A stretch of 64,000 nt of DNA from Andalucia godoyi And28 (Eukaryota > Protista > Jakobida). A program made the translations under genes and the position numbers. Shown one piece after another: positions 40,364 through 49,479 of the stretch. The DNA lies in NCBI GenBank assembly GCA_009859145.1, contig VRVR01000035.1, forward strand, positions 37,978 to 101,977, read 5' to 3'. The notes below the pieces were generated by a model that had not been told where the DNA came from, did not search any database, and worked only from the letters and a program-made list of their open reading frames with translations. The stretch's first letter is position 1. Every line of letters starts with the position of its first letter.

Positions 40364-43243
40364 ATGAGTCAGCTGTTTGAGCCATTTCGAGCGCTCGGTT
40401 TTGTGACTGCATCTCGAGTTCCTGCGGTAATTGAGACGCACGGGGTTGATTCGTTTGTGACGACGAGTATTGGAAAGACGTTTCACCTGTACTCGCTTGC
40501 GCATATGAAGCTTGTTCTTGTTGGGTCTCCTTCGCATCCGTCGGAGATTGTGCAATTGGCGGTTCGTGATCCATACACCTTCACAGTGTGTGCGTCTCAT
40601 CCAAACAGTCTTCGGGTTCACAAACGAGGTAAGCTCATGGATTCGATTGATTGCCCGACGCACATTCTTTCGCTCTGTGTAATCGGTGATGTCATTGTCG
40701 CTGTGAGCGCCGATGGATGGATTTCCGTCATCCAGTACAAAGTCAAGGGAAAGAATCGAGTAGCGGCATGCTTCCAGGTGGATGCGATTGCAGGTACCGA
40801 AAACTCCGTCGCGGTGTGCCATCCACATACGTACTTGAATAAGATCGTGGTTGGCTCGTTTCTTGTGAACTTCAAGACTCAAAGGGTCGTGCATCAATTC
40901 TCTGATTTCGATTCCTTTGCTAATTCAAAAGAAAAGGGAGAAAAGATGCTTGTCTGCATGAAACAGTCGCCGGTTGTTGATGTCGTTGCGTGCGGGTTTT
41001 CGAATGGCGCCGTGGAGCTTTGGAACTTGAAGTTTGAGAAGAAGCTGTTTGCGTTCGTGCACAAGGGAAGAATTCAGAAACTCAGTTTCAGAACAGATGG
41101 AACACCGCAGCTCGCCGTCACATGCGAAGATGGAGATGTGTACTTCTGGGACTTGGACAAGCGGGTAATGACCTTCCGATTGTCCTGTGGTGTTGCCATT
41201 GCCGCAGAGTTCCTGCAATCCGAGCCTCTCATGGTTGTTACAGGAAAAGATAACTCGCTGCGTGTGTATATTTTTGACCAGTCAGACGGATCGTGTCGGT
41301 TGTTGCGGGAGCGATCCGGCCATTCAGACACGGTACGAAAAGTAAGATGGTTCTCCGACAATGTTCTCTTGACGTACGCACAAGACCATGCGATGAGGCT
41401 GTGCACGCTTCGAAATGATGCCAACAATTCCGAATTTTCGCAAAAGAAGCAGCTTGCCGGATCCGATCACGATGCTTTGCCAGTGATGACCGACATTGCT
41501 TTCCAGCCGATTCGATCTCTGGATTGGGCAGATGTGGTGACTGTGCACAGAAGCTTCTCCACTGCCTACCTTTGGAGAACTGAAACACGTTCGTGCGTGG
41601 AGAAGAAACTGGTGTTGAAGTCCCGCGGTAAGTGCTGCGCGGTTACCCCCTGTGGTAATTTTGCATTGATCGGGTGTGAGAATGGAAAGGTGTACAAGTA
41701 TAACATGCAGTCTGGATTCCTCAGACAAACGTACTCTCTGGAGAACGAAAAGGCGGAAGAACTGGATATTTTCAAGGACATGGATGAAGAGGAAAACACT
41801 GAGGAGGAAGTTTCCCCGGATGACGCCGACGGCCCACTGAATGAAGATGGGGAGCCTATTAAAGAAGATTCAGCGGTTCTCTGTCTTGGAGTCGATGACC
41901 GAAACGAACGGATTTGGGCAGGGTACGCCAGTGGAAGAGTTATCCAGTACCCGTCCAAGCGCATCCTGGAATTCTCATCGGCTGTGTCGTGTATGCGGAT
42001 ACAACCGTCTGTTTCGGGCCTTGTGGCAGTTGCATGTGATGACATGTACGTTCGAGTCCTGGATGAAATGAGAACGGTGCGCGTGTTTTCGAATGGTCTT
42101 CACAGCAGTCCGATTGTCGATTTAGCATGGTCTCCGGATGGACGTATGCTGGTTTCTGCGTCTTCGGATGGCACGATCTGCTGTTGGGATATCATCAATT
42201 CAGTTTGCGTGGATGCGTTCAGGACACCTGCTGCCATTACGTCCATTGACTTTGATCCTTCGGGATTTTTCCTTGCCACCACCCACGCTGATGAACAAGG
42301 AATCTTCCTGTGGACCAACAAGTCCAAGTTCATGAATGTCTTGCCGAAGGCCATTGGCAGCAAGCACGACGTCGCGACTGCTCGACTGCCCGTTTCGGGC
42401 ACTATCAAGGACCAGACTGAGCAGATCGGCTCGGTGTTCGCCGCGGACGCGGACGTGGACGTGGACAATAAGAGCCAGAACGAAGAGTCGGACAGCGATG
42501 AAGAAATCTCTACTGAAAACTCAACAGAGGAGGATCCGGAGGATGATGATGGTGCATATGGACGAGCAGCCAAAAGACGACGATTGGAGGAAGTTGACTA
42601 TGAAGCCGAAGAGGAATTCATTTCGTTCGCAGGTGTTCCGCGACCAAAATGGGCCACTCTTGCGTTGCTGGACGTCATTCGTGAGCGCAACAAACCGAAG
42701 CAGCCTGTTGAAAAACAGCGTTTGCCTTTCTTTTTGCAGCTGCAGCAGAGCCAAGACGGCCGGGTTGTGAGTTCGTCTGCCAAGGATCTTTCTGCAATGA
42801 ACGATAAGGACGAGAGCAATTCTTGGGAAAGCCGCATTCTGTCGTCGATCAAGTTGCCTGATGTTGCCCACTCACCACTAACGCAATCTGTCGTTGGTGG
42901 AGAAGACAATGACTCGGCTACCGTCCAGGAGCTTCTTTCGCTATCTGCCTCTGCTTTGGACCTTGAAATCCAAACTATCGGATCAGCAGATGCGCTTGTG
43001 TCCTGGCTGAACTTCCTGTCTCGTCAAATTCGAAGCAAGAAGAACTATGAACTCGTACAAGGAATACTCTCTTTGCTGATCAAGGTGCACGGATCCGTGT
43101 TGCAGCGGGCGCACTCGTCCCAGCTCGACGAAGCAGTGAAGCGCATCGAAGAAGCTCAGTCGGAGTCATGGATCGGAATGGACCGTTTGTTCCACGAGAC
43201 CCTGTGCATGGCCCACTTCTTTTCCCAATCCTCCGCCTTGTAG
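40364..43243 (+). CDS. WDR36: U3 snoRNA-associated protein 21 / WD repeat 36 (SSU processome)
   Basis: SQLFEPFRALGFV, FVTTSIGKTFHLY, RERSGHS, CGNFALIG..NG.VYKYNMQSG, WSPDGRMLVSASSDGTICCWD, FLATTH, LWTNKSKF, KPKQPVEKQRLPFFL, ELVQGILSLLIKVHG. Confidence 0.92.
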   Translation: MSQLFEPFRALGFVTASRVPAVIETHGVDSFVTTSIGKTFHLYSLAHMKLVLVGSPSHPSEIVQLAVRDPYTFTVCASHPNSLRVHKRGKLMDSIDCPTHILSLCVIGDVIVAVSADGWISVIQYKVKGKNRVAACFQVDAIAGTENSVAVCHPHTYLNKIVVGSFLVNFKTQRVVHQFSDFDSFANSKEKGEKMLVCMKQSPVVDVVACGFSNGAVELWNLKFEKKLFAFVHKGRIQKLSFRTDGTPQLAVTCEDGDVYFWDLDKRVMTFRLSCGVAIAAEFLQSEPLMVVTGKDNSLRVYIFDQSDGSCRLLRERSGHSDTVRKVRWFSDNVLLTYAQDHAMRLCTLRNDANNSEFSQKKQLAGSDHDALPVMTDIAFQPIRSLDWADVVTVHRSFSTAYLWRTETRSCVEKKLVLKSRGKCCAVTPCGNFALIGCENGKVYKYNMQSGFLRQTYSLENEKAEELDIFKDMDEEENTEEEVSPDDADGPLNEDGEPIKEDSAVLCLGVDDRNERIWAGYASGRVIQYPSKRILEFSSAVSCMRIQPSVSGLVAVACDDMYVRVLDEMRTVRVFSNGLHSSPIVDLAWSPDGRMLVSASSDGTICCWDIINSVCVDAFRTPAAITSIDFDPSGFFLATTHADEQGIFLWTNKSKFMNVLPKAIGSKHDVATARLPVSGTIKDQTEQIGSVFAADADVDVDNKSQNEESDSDEEISTENSTEEDPEDDDGAYGRAAKRRRLEEVDYEAEEEFISFAGVPRPKWATLALLDVIRERNKPKQPVEKQRLPFFLQLQQSQDGRVVSSSAKDLSAMNDKDESNSWESRILSSIKLPDVAHSPLTQSVVGGEDNDSATVQELLSLSASALDLEIQTIGSADALVSWLNFLSRQIRSKKNYELVQGILSLLIKVHGSVLQRAHSSQLDEAVKRIEEAQSESWIGMDRLFHETLCMAHFFSQSSAL

Positions 43244-43590
43244 CTTGTTGGATCTTGCTTCTTAACCCACCCCCACCCACCTACCCACGTCCCTTTGGCT
43301 TCCCTGCTGTAAAAAATTAACATTAAAGAAAAATGCACACAAAGACACTTGCCTTTGTCCACTTGAAGAAGGCTTCAATTTCCACTGTATCTTTTTCTCT
43401 TATACGAAAAATGATGCATAAGATGAAAGTCTTTCGACAGCCTTTCTTGTTTTTCTCTTTCTCTTTCTCTTTCTCTCGCTATTATTATTATTTTATTTTA
43501 TTTTCAGTTTTTCAGTTTGGGTTTGCTTGGTGAGGTTGTGTCGTGTGCGTGTTGCTGCTGTTTTGTTTTTGTTTGGGCGGTTGAGGGCTA

Positions 43591-46323
43591 ATGTTGGTTC
43601 GGTTTTCGTGTCATGCACAGCTGCCGCTTGGCCAGTATCTGAAGGTGACGTCTTCGTCTCATGCGGAGCTTGACGGGCTTGTGCTTCGGTGGGGGCCTGA
43701 CAATCGCTGGGAGGGTGACTGCGAACTTCCTGTTCTGACTGCGATCCAATATGGATACACGCATGAGAAACATGCTCCGGAAAGAACACTTTTCCTGCCG
43801 CCTGCACAAGCATCGACTGCAGGTGCGCAGCTTGTGATGCTGTATGACGAACTGAACATTCGGCCTGATCGGTATGCGTACTCCACTGCGTTTGCAAAGG
43901 TGTTTTTTGCACAGGCTGCACAGTATGCGTCGTACGTCCCGGTAACGACGCTTGCAGATCAGTTTGGCTCGCTCAAAATTGCCGAGGAGGACGGGTCGCT
44001 GCAGGACGAGCCGTCATTTGGAGCGGACAAGGGGTCGGTTGCTTCTGTTCTTGCGCTCTCAGGTGACGCGTCCACTGCAGTGACATTTGCGCTGTCGTGC
44101 TGGAGAATCGGGCCGGATACAGAGCTTCGGGTCGCTGGATCCCTGCCAGTTCTGGGCGATTGGAACCACGAAAAGGCTCCTAAAATGCCATTTGCAGTGC
44201 CTGTGTATCCGTCGCAAGCATCGTTTGAATTCAAGTTTGTGCTGATCAACACCAAGACAGGATCCGCGTTGTGGGAGACGGGGCCAAATCGCAAGTTTGT
44301 GTGTGAACAGCTTCCGCGGCAGCATGTTTCTGCAATTCGCGTGGAGTGCGGACCATTCCGATTCCCGACACACTATGGATCGTGGAGAGCGGCTGGTATG
44401 GCAATTCCTGTGTTTTCCATGCGATCAAAGAGCTCGTGCGGTGTTGGAGAGTTTCAGGATATCCCGCTGTTTGCCAAGCTTTGTGCAGAGACTGGTCTGC
44501 GACTGCTCCAGCTCTTGCCTGTGAACGACACACGCGGCTCATATCCGTACGGTTGTTTGTCGGTGTTTGCACTAAACCCAATTTACATCCACTTGCCATC
44601 TGTGTTTGCTGCAGAGTCGTCGTCGGCTCGCAGAAAGGAGCTCGAAGAGGAATATCCGCGCATCAAAGCAAAATTCGAGGATCTGGAGGATCTGGACTTT
44701 GATGCAGTTGTCGCGTACAAACTGCGTGTGCTTCGGGAACTTTATCGCGGAGTGAAGCAACCGCGCTCCGTCTCTGGAGAGGAGCAGAAGTTTTATGCCG
44801 AGAACAAGGACTGGCTTCCGTACTACGCAGAGTATCGCAGGAAACTGGGGCCGCTGACCTCTTCATCCTCATCATCCTCTCTGGAAGATGCTGCCGCGTC
44901 TTCGAATTCCACTCCGGAGTTTGACATTGACGGTTTCTGGGAGTGGATCCAGTTCCACGCGCACCTCCAATTGCTCGCAGCATCAGAGGAGTCGCGGAAA
45001 TTCGGTGTTGCCTTGAAGGGGGACTTGCCGATCGGTGTCGCTGCGGATTCATGCGATGCTACTCAACACCCAGAGTTGTTCCATTTGGAGTGCTGCGCTG
45101 GCGCACCTCCAGACTACTTCTCCAAGATTGGACAGAACTGGGGATTTCCGACGTACAAGTGGGAAGCGCATGAGGCCGATGGATACAGATGGTGGAGACG
45201 CCGGCTGGAAGTTCTAGGACGGTACTTCCATGCCATCCGGATCGATCACGTTCTTGGACTCTTCCGAATCTGGTCGATCCCTCGCGGCGACGTCACGGGT
45301 ATGCGTGGTCGTTTTGTACCGTCTATTCCCATTACTCGCGCGCAGTTGGAAGCAGCTGGTATTTGGGACATTGAGAGACTGGTCATGCCGGAGTTTGAAC
45401 AGCATGAAGTGCCTCCTCAGTATGTTTCCATTTATTTTGACATCACTCGTGACGGAAAGCTGCGCTTCAAGCCGGAGTTCATGGGCGAAAGTCAGTTGCC
45501 ACCAGAGCTCTACGAATATCTATCCGACGTGTGCTTGCTGGCGCCGTTGGAAGCGTACCAAGCTTCCAATGGAAAAGAAATGGCCAGTCGTATTGCGTCC
45601 ATGAATGAATTCTGGCCGCGATTTGATCTTCAAACGACTCGCTGCTTCCGAAAGATTCCTTGGGAGTGGCAGCGCACCCTCGATGGGCTGCGAAAGGAGC
45701 ATTTCTTTGGGGCTGCCCAGAATGAACTTTGGAGAGAAAATGGAAACCATAGACTGCAAATGCTGCTCGCAGCGTCGGACATGCTGTTGTGTGCGGAGGA
45801 CCTGGGGCTTATTCCGGACTGCGTTCCCGAGGTTTTGAATCAGTTGCAAATCCTGTGTCTCAAGATTCAGCGGATGCCGCGAGAGACGTGGGCAGAATTT
45901 GACCATCCGCATACGTATCCGTATCTTTCTGTCTGTGCACCGTGCACACATGATATGAGCACGCTGCGCGGGTGGTGGGAAGAAGACAGAGCCCGCAGCC
46001 AGCGATTCTATGAATCCGTCATGGGTTGCACAGGACCGGCACCGCAGTTTGCAGAGCCTTGGGTTTGCCGCCGTGTTCTATCCGGAATGCTGCATTCTAA
46101 TGCAATGCTTTCGATCTTTGCCATCCAAGATTGGCTTGCGTGCGATGGGGATATCCGGAGAGAGAATCCGTTTGTTGAACAGATCAACGTTCCTGCGAAT
46201 CCGAAACATGTGTGGAAATACAGACTACATGTTAATGTTGAGGACTTGTTGACAAACCGTGAGCTTATCAGTGAAATGAGACAAATGGTTCTGGAATCTG
46301 GGCGTTTCCATGCGTCGCACTAG
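43591..46323 (+). CDS. DPE2: 4-alpha-glucanotransferase DPE2 (GH77 with N-terminal CBM20 modules)
   Basis: CBM20-like VRF...GQYLKVTS and LRVAGSLPVLGDW...FEFKFV...WETGPNR. GH77 motifs AGMAIPVFSMRS, GVGEFQDI, QLLPVNDT, LKGDLPIGV, GAPPDYFSKIGQNWGFPTY, RIDHVLGLFRIW, CAEDLG, THDMSTLRGWWEE, INVPANPKHVWKYRLHV. Confidence 0.95.
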   Translation: MLVRFSCHAQLPLGQYLKVTSSSHAELDGLVLRWGPDNRWEGDCELPVLTAIQYGYTHEKHAPERTLFLPPAQASTAGAQLVMLYDELNIRPDRYAYSTAFAKVFFAQAAQYASYVPVTTLADQFGSLKIAEEDGSLQDEPSFGADKGSVASVLALSGDASTAVTFALSCWRIGPDTELRVAGSLPVLGDWNHEKAPKMPFAVPVYPSQASFEFKFVLINTKTGSALWETGPNRKFVCEQLPRQHVSAIRVECGPFRFPTHYGSWRAAGMAIPVFSMRSKSSCGVGEFQDIPLFAKLCAETGLRLLQLLPVNDTRGSYPYGCLSVFALNPIYIHLPSVFAAESSSARRKELEEEYPRIKAKFEDLEDLDFDAVVAYKLRVLRELYRGVKQPRSVSGEEQKFYAENKDWLPYYAEYRRKLGPLTSSSSSSSLEDAAASSNSTPEFDIDGFWEWIQFHAHLQLLAASEESRKFGVALKGDLPIGVAADSCDATQHPELFHLECCAGAPPDYFSKIGQNWGFPTYKWEAHEADGYRWWRRRLEVLGRYFHAIRIDHVLGLFRIWSIPRGDVTGMRGRFVPSIPITRAQLEAAGIWDIERLVMPEFEQHEVPPQYVSIYFDITRDGKLRFKPEFMGESQLPPELYEYLSDVCLLAPLEAYQASNGKEMASRIASMNEFWPRFDLQTTRCFRKIPWEWQRTLDGLRKEHFFGAAQNELWRENGNHRLQMLLAASDMLLCAEDLGLIPDCVPEVLNQLQILCLKIQRMPRETWAEFDHPHTYPYLSVCAPCTHDMSTLRGWWEEDRARSQRFYESVMGCTGPAPQFAEPWVCRRVLSGMLHSNAMLSIFAIQDWLACDGDIRRENPFVEQINVPANPKHVWKYRLHVNVEDLLTNRELISEMRQMVLESGRFHASH

Positions 46324-46387
46324 AGAGACGAGCCTCCATGCTTTGTTTCCCCCTTTTGTTTCCATTCGTCCTTCGACAAAAGATCCT

Positions 46388-46401
46388 TGTGTGTGCGTGC
46401 G

Positions 46402-46456
<55 letters not shown>
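46388..46456. repeat. (TG)n microsatellite between convergent 3' ends
   Basis: Directly visible. Confidence 0.95.
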
Positions 46457-46457
<1 letters not shown>

Positions 46458-46629
46458 GACTTTGTGCGGACGGCTTCCCTGTTCAGTCTGCAGTGTTTGT
46501 CTGACTGTCCTTCTCTTTGCTTCGTGGAGAGGGTGCTTCCTGCAAAAGATGAGGGAAAATAAAGTCTATTTCTTGTATGTTGTGGCCCTTCCCTCCAATT
46601 TTTTTCCGGCTCACGCGCGCCCGCATGTT

Positions 46630-47958
46630 TCACATAGGTTCGCAAAGTAGCCGTGCATCATCAGGAAAAATCCAAGGAGTGGCTCTTGCCTCCAGCATGG
46701 TGCTGACATCGACATCAGAACCCTGATAGATCCACAAACGGCCACGTGAGTGGGGCTGGCTGCGGCGAATCTGGCAAAGGATCTTCCATGACAAGGCACG
46801 CGACTCATGGCTGTCGGATGACAAATGGCCAAGATCCCACGAAAGTGAGTCGAACACAACTTGCTCTTCCTTTGGCGGCAAATGCAGTGGCAAACGAACG
46901 GGGACTCTGCAGCCACTCAGGATGTCAGTCAGTTCAAGCGGCCGAAACCCATTAAACCCCAGCACAAGAGGAACGCAGCAATCCCGAGAAGAAACTGGGA
47001 ACATACTTGGACTTTGAAGAGATTCCTGAGCTGCACCTGCGCGCGCATCTGTGGCAATGAGAGGTGAAGTGCCAGGAGTAATGTCATCCACCACAAAGAA
47101 ACGCACAACGGATGAATATGCGCATACACCTGGACTGGAACGTGCCAAAGGGTCGCCGCTCCAGATACCTTCATGCACCAAGAGGCTGCTGGCATCCGAG
47201 ATCCAATCGACACGAAAATCCCTGAAATTGCCCAGAAGAGTACCCCATCGAGTGCCGATCGACTCGTTTGCATCGAGAGTACTCCCAACCATGGCAAATG
47301 GATCGTTCGACTCCGACACAAGTCCATACGACGTCGCGACAGATCGCGGAATGATGGAGTATGATGTCGACAAGTCTACAAGAAATGGCAGCACAGGCGA
47401 GGCATCGGAAGAGATATTGAGCGAAACATCGGGCTTCTCAGACTCGATACCTTCGCGTGGCTTTCCCTTCCTGGGTCGTCGTGGTGAGTCGAAGCAACAA
47501 CCAGCCTTGGAATGGCGAGACTGAAATTGCTTAAATTGCAAGTCCAACAAAGGCTCGAACGCACAAGACTCTATCGGTCTGGAGTTTACCTGTGTCTCTG
47601 CCAGTGGACGAATGCGCAGCAAACACGTCGAACACGACAGTATCAACGCTTCGACGTCTTCCCATTCGAGTGTCGGAGACGGAAGAACACCGCGTTCCAG
47701 CACATACCATGAATACGCATTGTGAAGCAGCGTGTGGATGAAATGGAACGTCAAAAAGAGTGCTTCGGAGACACCCTTTCGCTCTGACGTACTGACCCCG
47801 AGTGTTGTTGTTGGTTCCGGCAGCTGGACATTTCCGTCAACAGCCGAGTTTGCCGAAACACTCCATTGAAGACAGTCAATCCAGCGGTAGAAACGACCAA
47901 TCGGAGGGAACACGAACAGTCTGTGAACGTCACGTCGATCCGAACTGTGCGGCCACAT
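46630..47958 (-). CDS. Hypothetical protein with a retropepsin-like (clan AA aspartic protease-like) segment
   Basis: 442-aa ORF. PDVSLNI...PFLVDLSTSYSIIPRSVATSYGL (cf. FLVDTGASxSxI...AxxLGL) and later RFFVV...PLVLGFNGF (cf. LLGxDFL). Confidence 0.6.
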   Translation of the reverse strand: MWPHSSDRRDVHRLFVFPPIGRFYRWIDCLQWSVSANSAVDGNVQLPEPTTTLGVSTSERKGVSEALFLTFHFIHTLLHNAYSWYVLERGVLPSPTLEWEDVEALILSCSTCLLRIRPLAETQVNSRPIESCAFEPLLDLQFKQFQSRHSKAGCCFDSPRRPRKGKPREGIESEKPDVSLNISSDASPVLPFLVDLSTSYSIIPRSVATSYGLVSESNDPFAMVGSTLDANESIGTRWGTLLGNFRDFRVDWISDASSLLVHEGIWSGDPLARSSPGVCAYSSVVRFFVVDDITPGTSPLIATDARAGAAQESLQSPSMFPVSSRDCCVPLVLGFNGFRPLELTDILSGCRVPVRLPLHLPPKEEQVVFDSLSWDLGHLSSDSHESRALSWKILCQIRRSQPHSRGRLWIYQGSDVDVSTMLEARATPWIFPDDARLLCEPM

Positions 47959-48207
47959 TCATGTCCATTCCAAGAGTTGCAGTATGCGCGTACACGGGTG
48001 TGAAACGCGTGCTTCTTTTGAGTTTTCTTGCCACATGCAGTCCGACAGAATACGGCAAAAGAAACACACCGATAATCGTACAGTCCGTACGACACGAACT
48101 ACACAGGCACCAACTAGGTACCAAGACGGCCTGGGGCGAGGATGAACGGTTGGTAAGAGAATGGATGTTTATTTTGCATTGGAAGGACGAGTTATAGTTA
48201 GGACGAG

Positions 48208-48723
48208 TTATAGTTTGGACGGGTTGCGCTCGGGAAACTCTTCTTCCCAAAGTGCGTAGTGTGATTCCTTCATTCCAACGCCGCGATACGCCCTCTGTGC
48301 CTTCTCATTGGTTCTTTCGACGTAGAGTCTGATTCCAGAATGTCCGTTATCCATAGCTCGTCGTCGCACTTCGTCGTACAGCTTGCGAAAGACTCCGACA
48401 CGACGATGCTCTTCTGACACGTATAGAGAGTACAGCCAGCTGATTTCACACGCTCTCCAGTCTGACCATTCATGCATCACCAAGATACATCCAATTGGCG
48501 TTGGAGCTGGAGCTGGAGCTGGAGAACTGTGTTTGCTGTGGAGTACGGCGATAAAGTACGAGCCTCGATCTGGATGCTCCAGCACGTACTGCACTCCTCT
48601 GCGGACTGTCTCGCGATCAAGAACCAGGTTTTCGGTTTCTCTCGCGAGACTAAACTGTGCATCCACAATGTACTCCAGATGAGCAGAAGAGTCCGCAAGC
48701 ACAACCTCGATGTCGGACTCCAT
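48208..48723 (-). CDS. GNAT-family N-acetyltransferase, bacterial-like
   Basis: LARETENLVLDRETVRRGV, EWSDWR...WLYSLYVSEEHRRVGVFRKLY (acetyl-CoA motif A), GIRLYVERTNEKAQRAYRGVGM. Probable ATG at 48723. Confidence 0.9.
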   Translation of the reverse strand: MESDIEVVLADSSAHLEYIVDAQFSLARETENLVLDRETVRRGVQYVLEHPDRGSYFIAVLHSKHSSPAPAPAPTPIGCILVMHEWSDWRACEISWLYSLYVSEEHRRVGVFRKLYDEVRRRAMDNGHSGIRLYVERTNEKAQRAYRGVGMKESHYALWEEEFPERNPSKL

Positions 48724-49479
48724 AAGATCCTTCCTGCGGCTTTCCACAAAGAATACTGTCGCCAGAAGGCTTAGTGTTTTCTTCGCTCCGCACGTTTCTT
48801 TTCTCAGCTCTTTTTGTTCTGCTGCCTTTCTGCTTCGTCGTCGTGCTGCGGGCATGTACGTCCTGCTGTCAGCATCAAGCGTGTGCGGGAAGAGGATGCT
48901 CTACGCCTGCTTGTGTGTACGGACCGGCTGATTAAAATCCCCCACTGCCAGCGGAGAGAGAAAGTAGACGTGGGGAGAGGAGGCAGGCCCCAGCAGGTGA
49001 CAAGAAGGACCATTCTTGAGATAAAAGCTGTGTGGAACGAGAAAGTGCCATTCCAGCCGCTGTCCAAAAACCCTTGTCGGACATGCTTGATGCCAAAGGC
49101 AGTGGACTTCTTCTTCTTGGGCCGGGTTTGGTGGAGTCTGTTCATGATGACGCATTGCAGGCGCGACCTTCTCTAAAGGGTCCAACGATGGCCTGCGTTG
49201 GCGACCCATCTATCAGCAATAGGAAACATGCTCATCCAAAATACTTGTCTAGAACGAGTGTTTATTCAACTTTTGTTGCTACTATGGTTGCTGTTCTTGC
49301 TGTTGCTGTCGTTGTCGTCGTCGTTGTCGTCGCAGGATAACAAACTAAAAACTGCGAGATAACAAAAGTGCATACAGCATCTACCAAACAATCGGCGCAT
49401 CCAGTCTGGACTCGGGCAGACTGGAAACCTACGTCGAAAAACCAGCACAAGGAGGTGGCGTTGGTGACAGGAAAAACGC

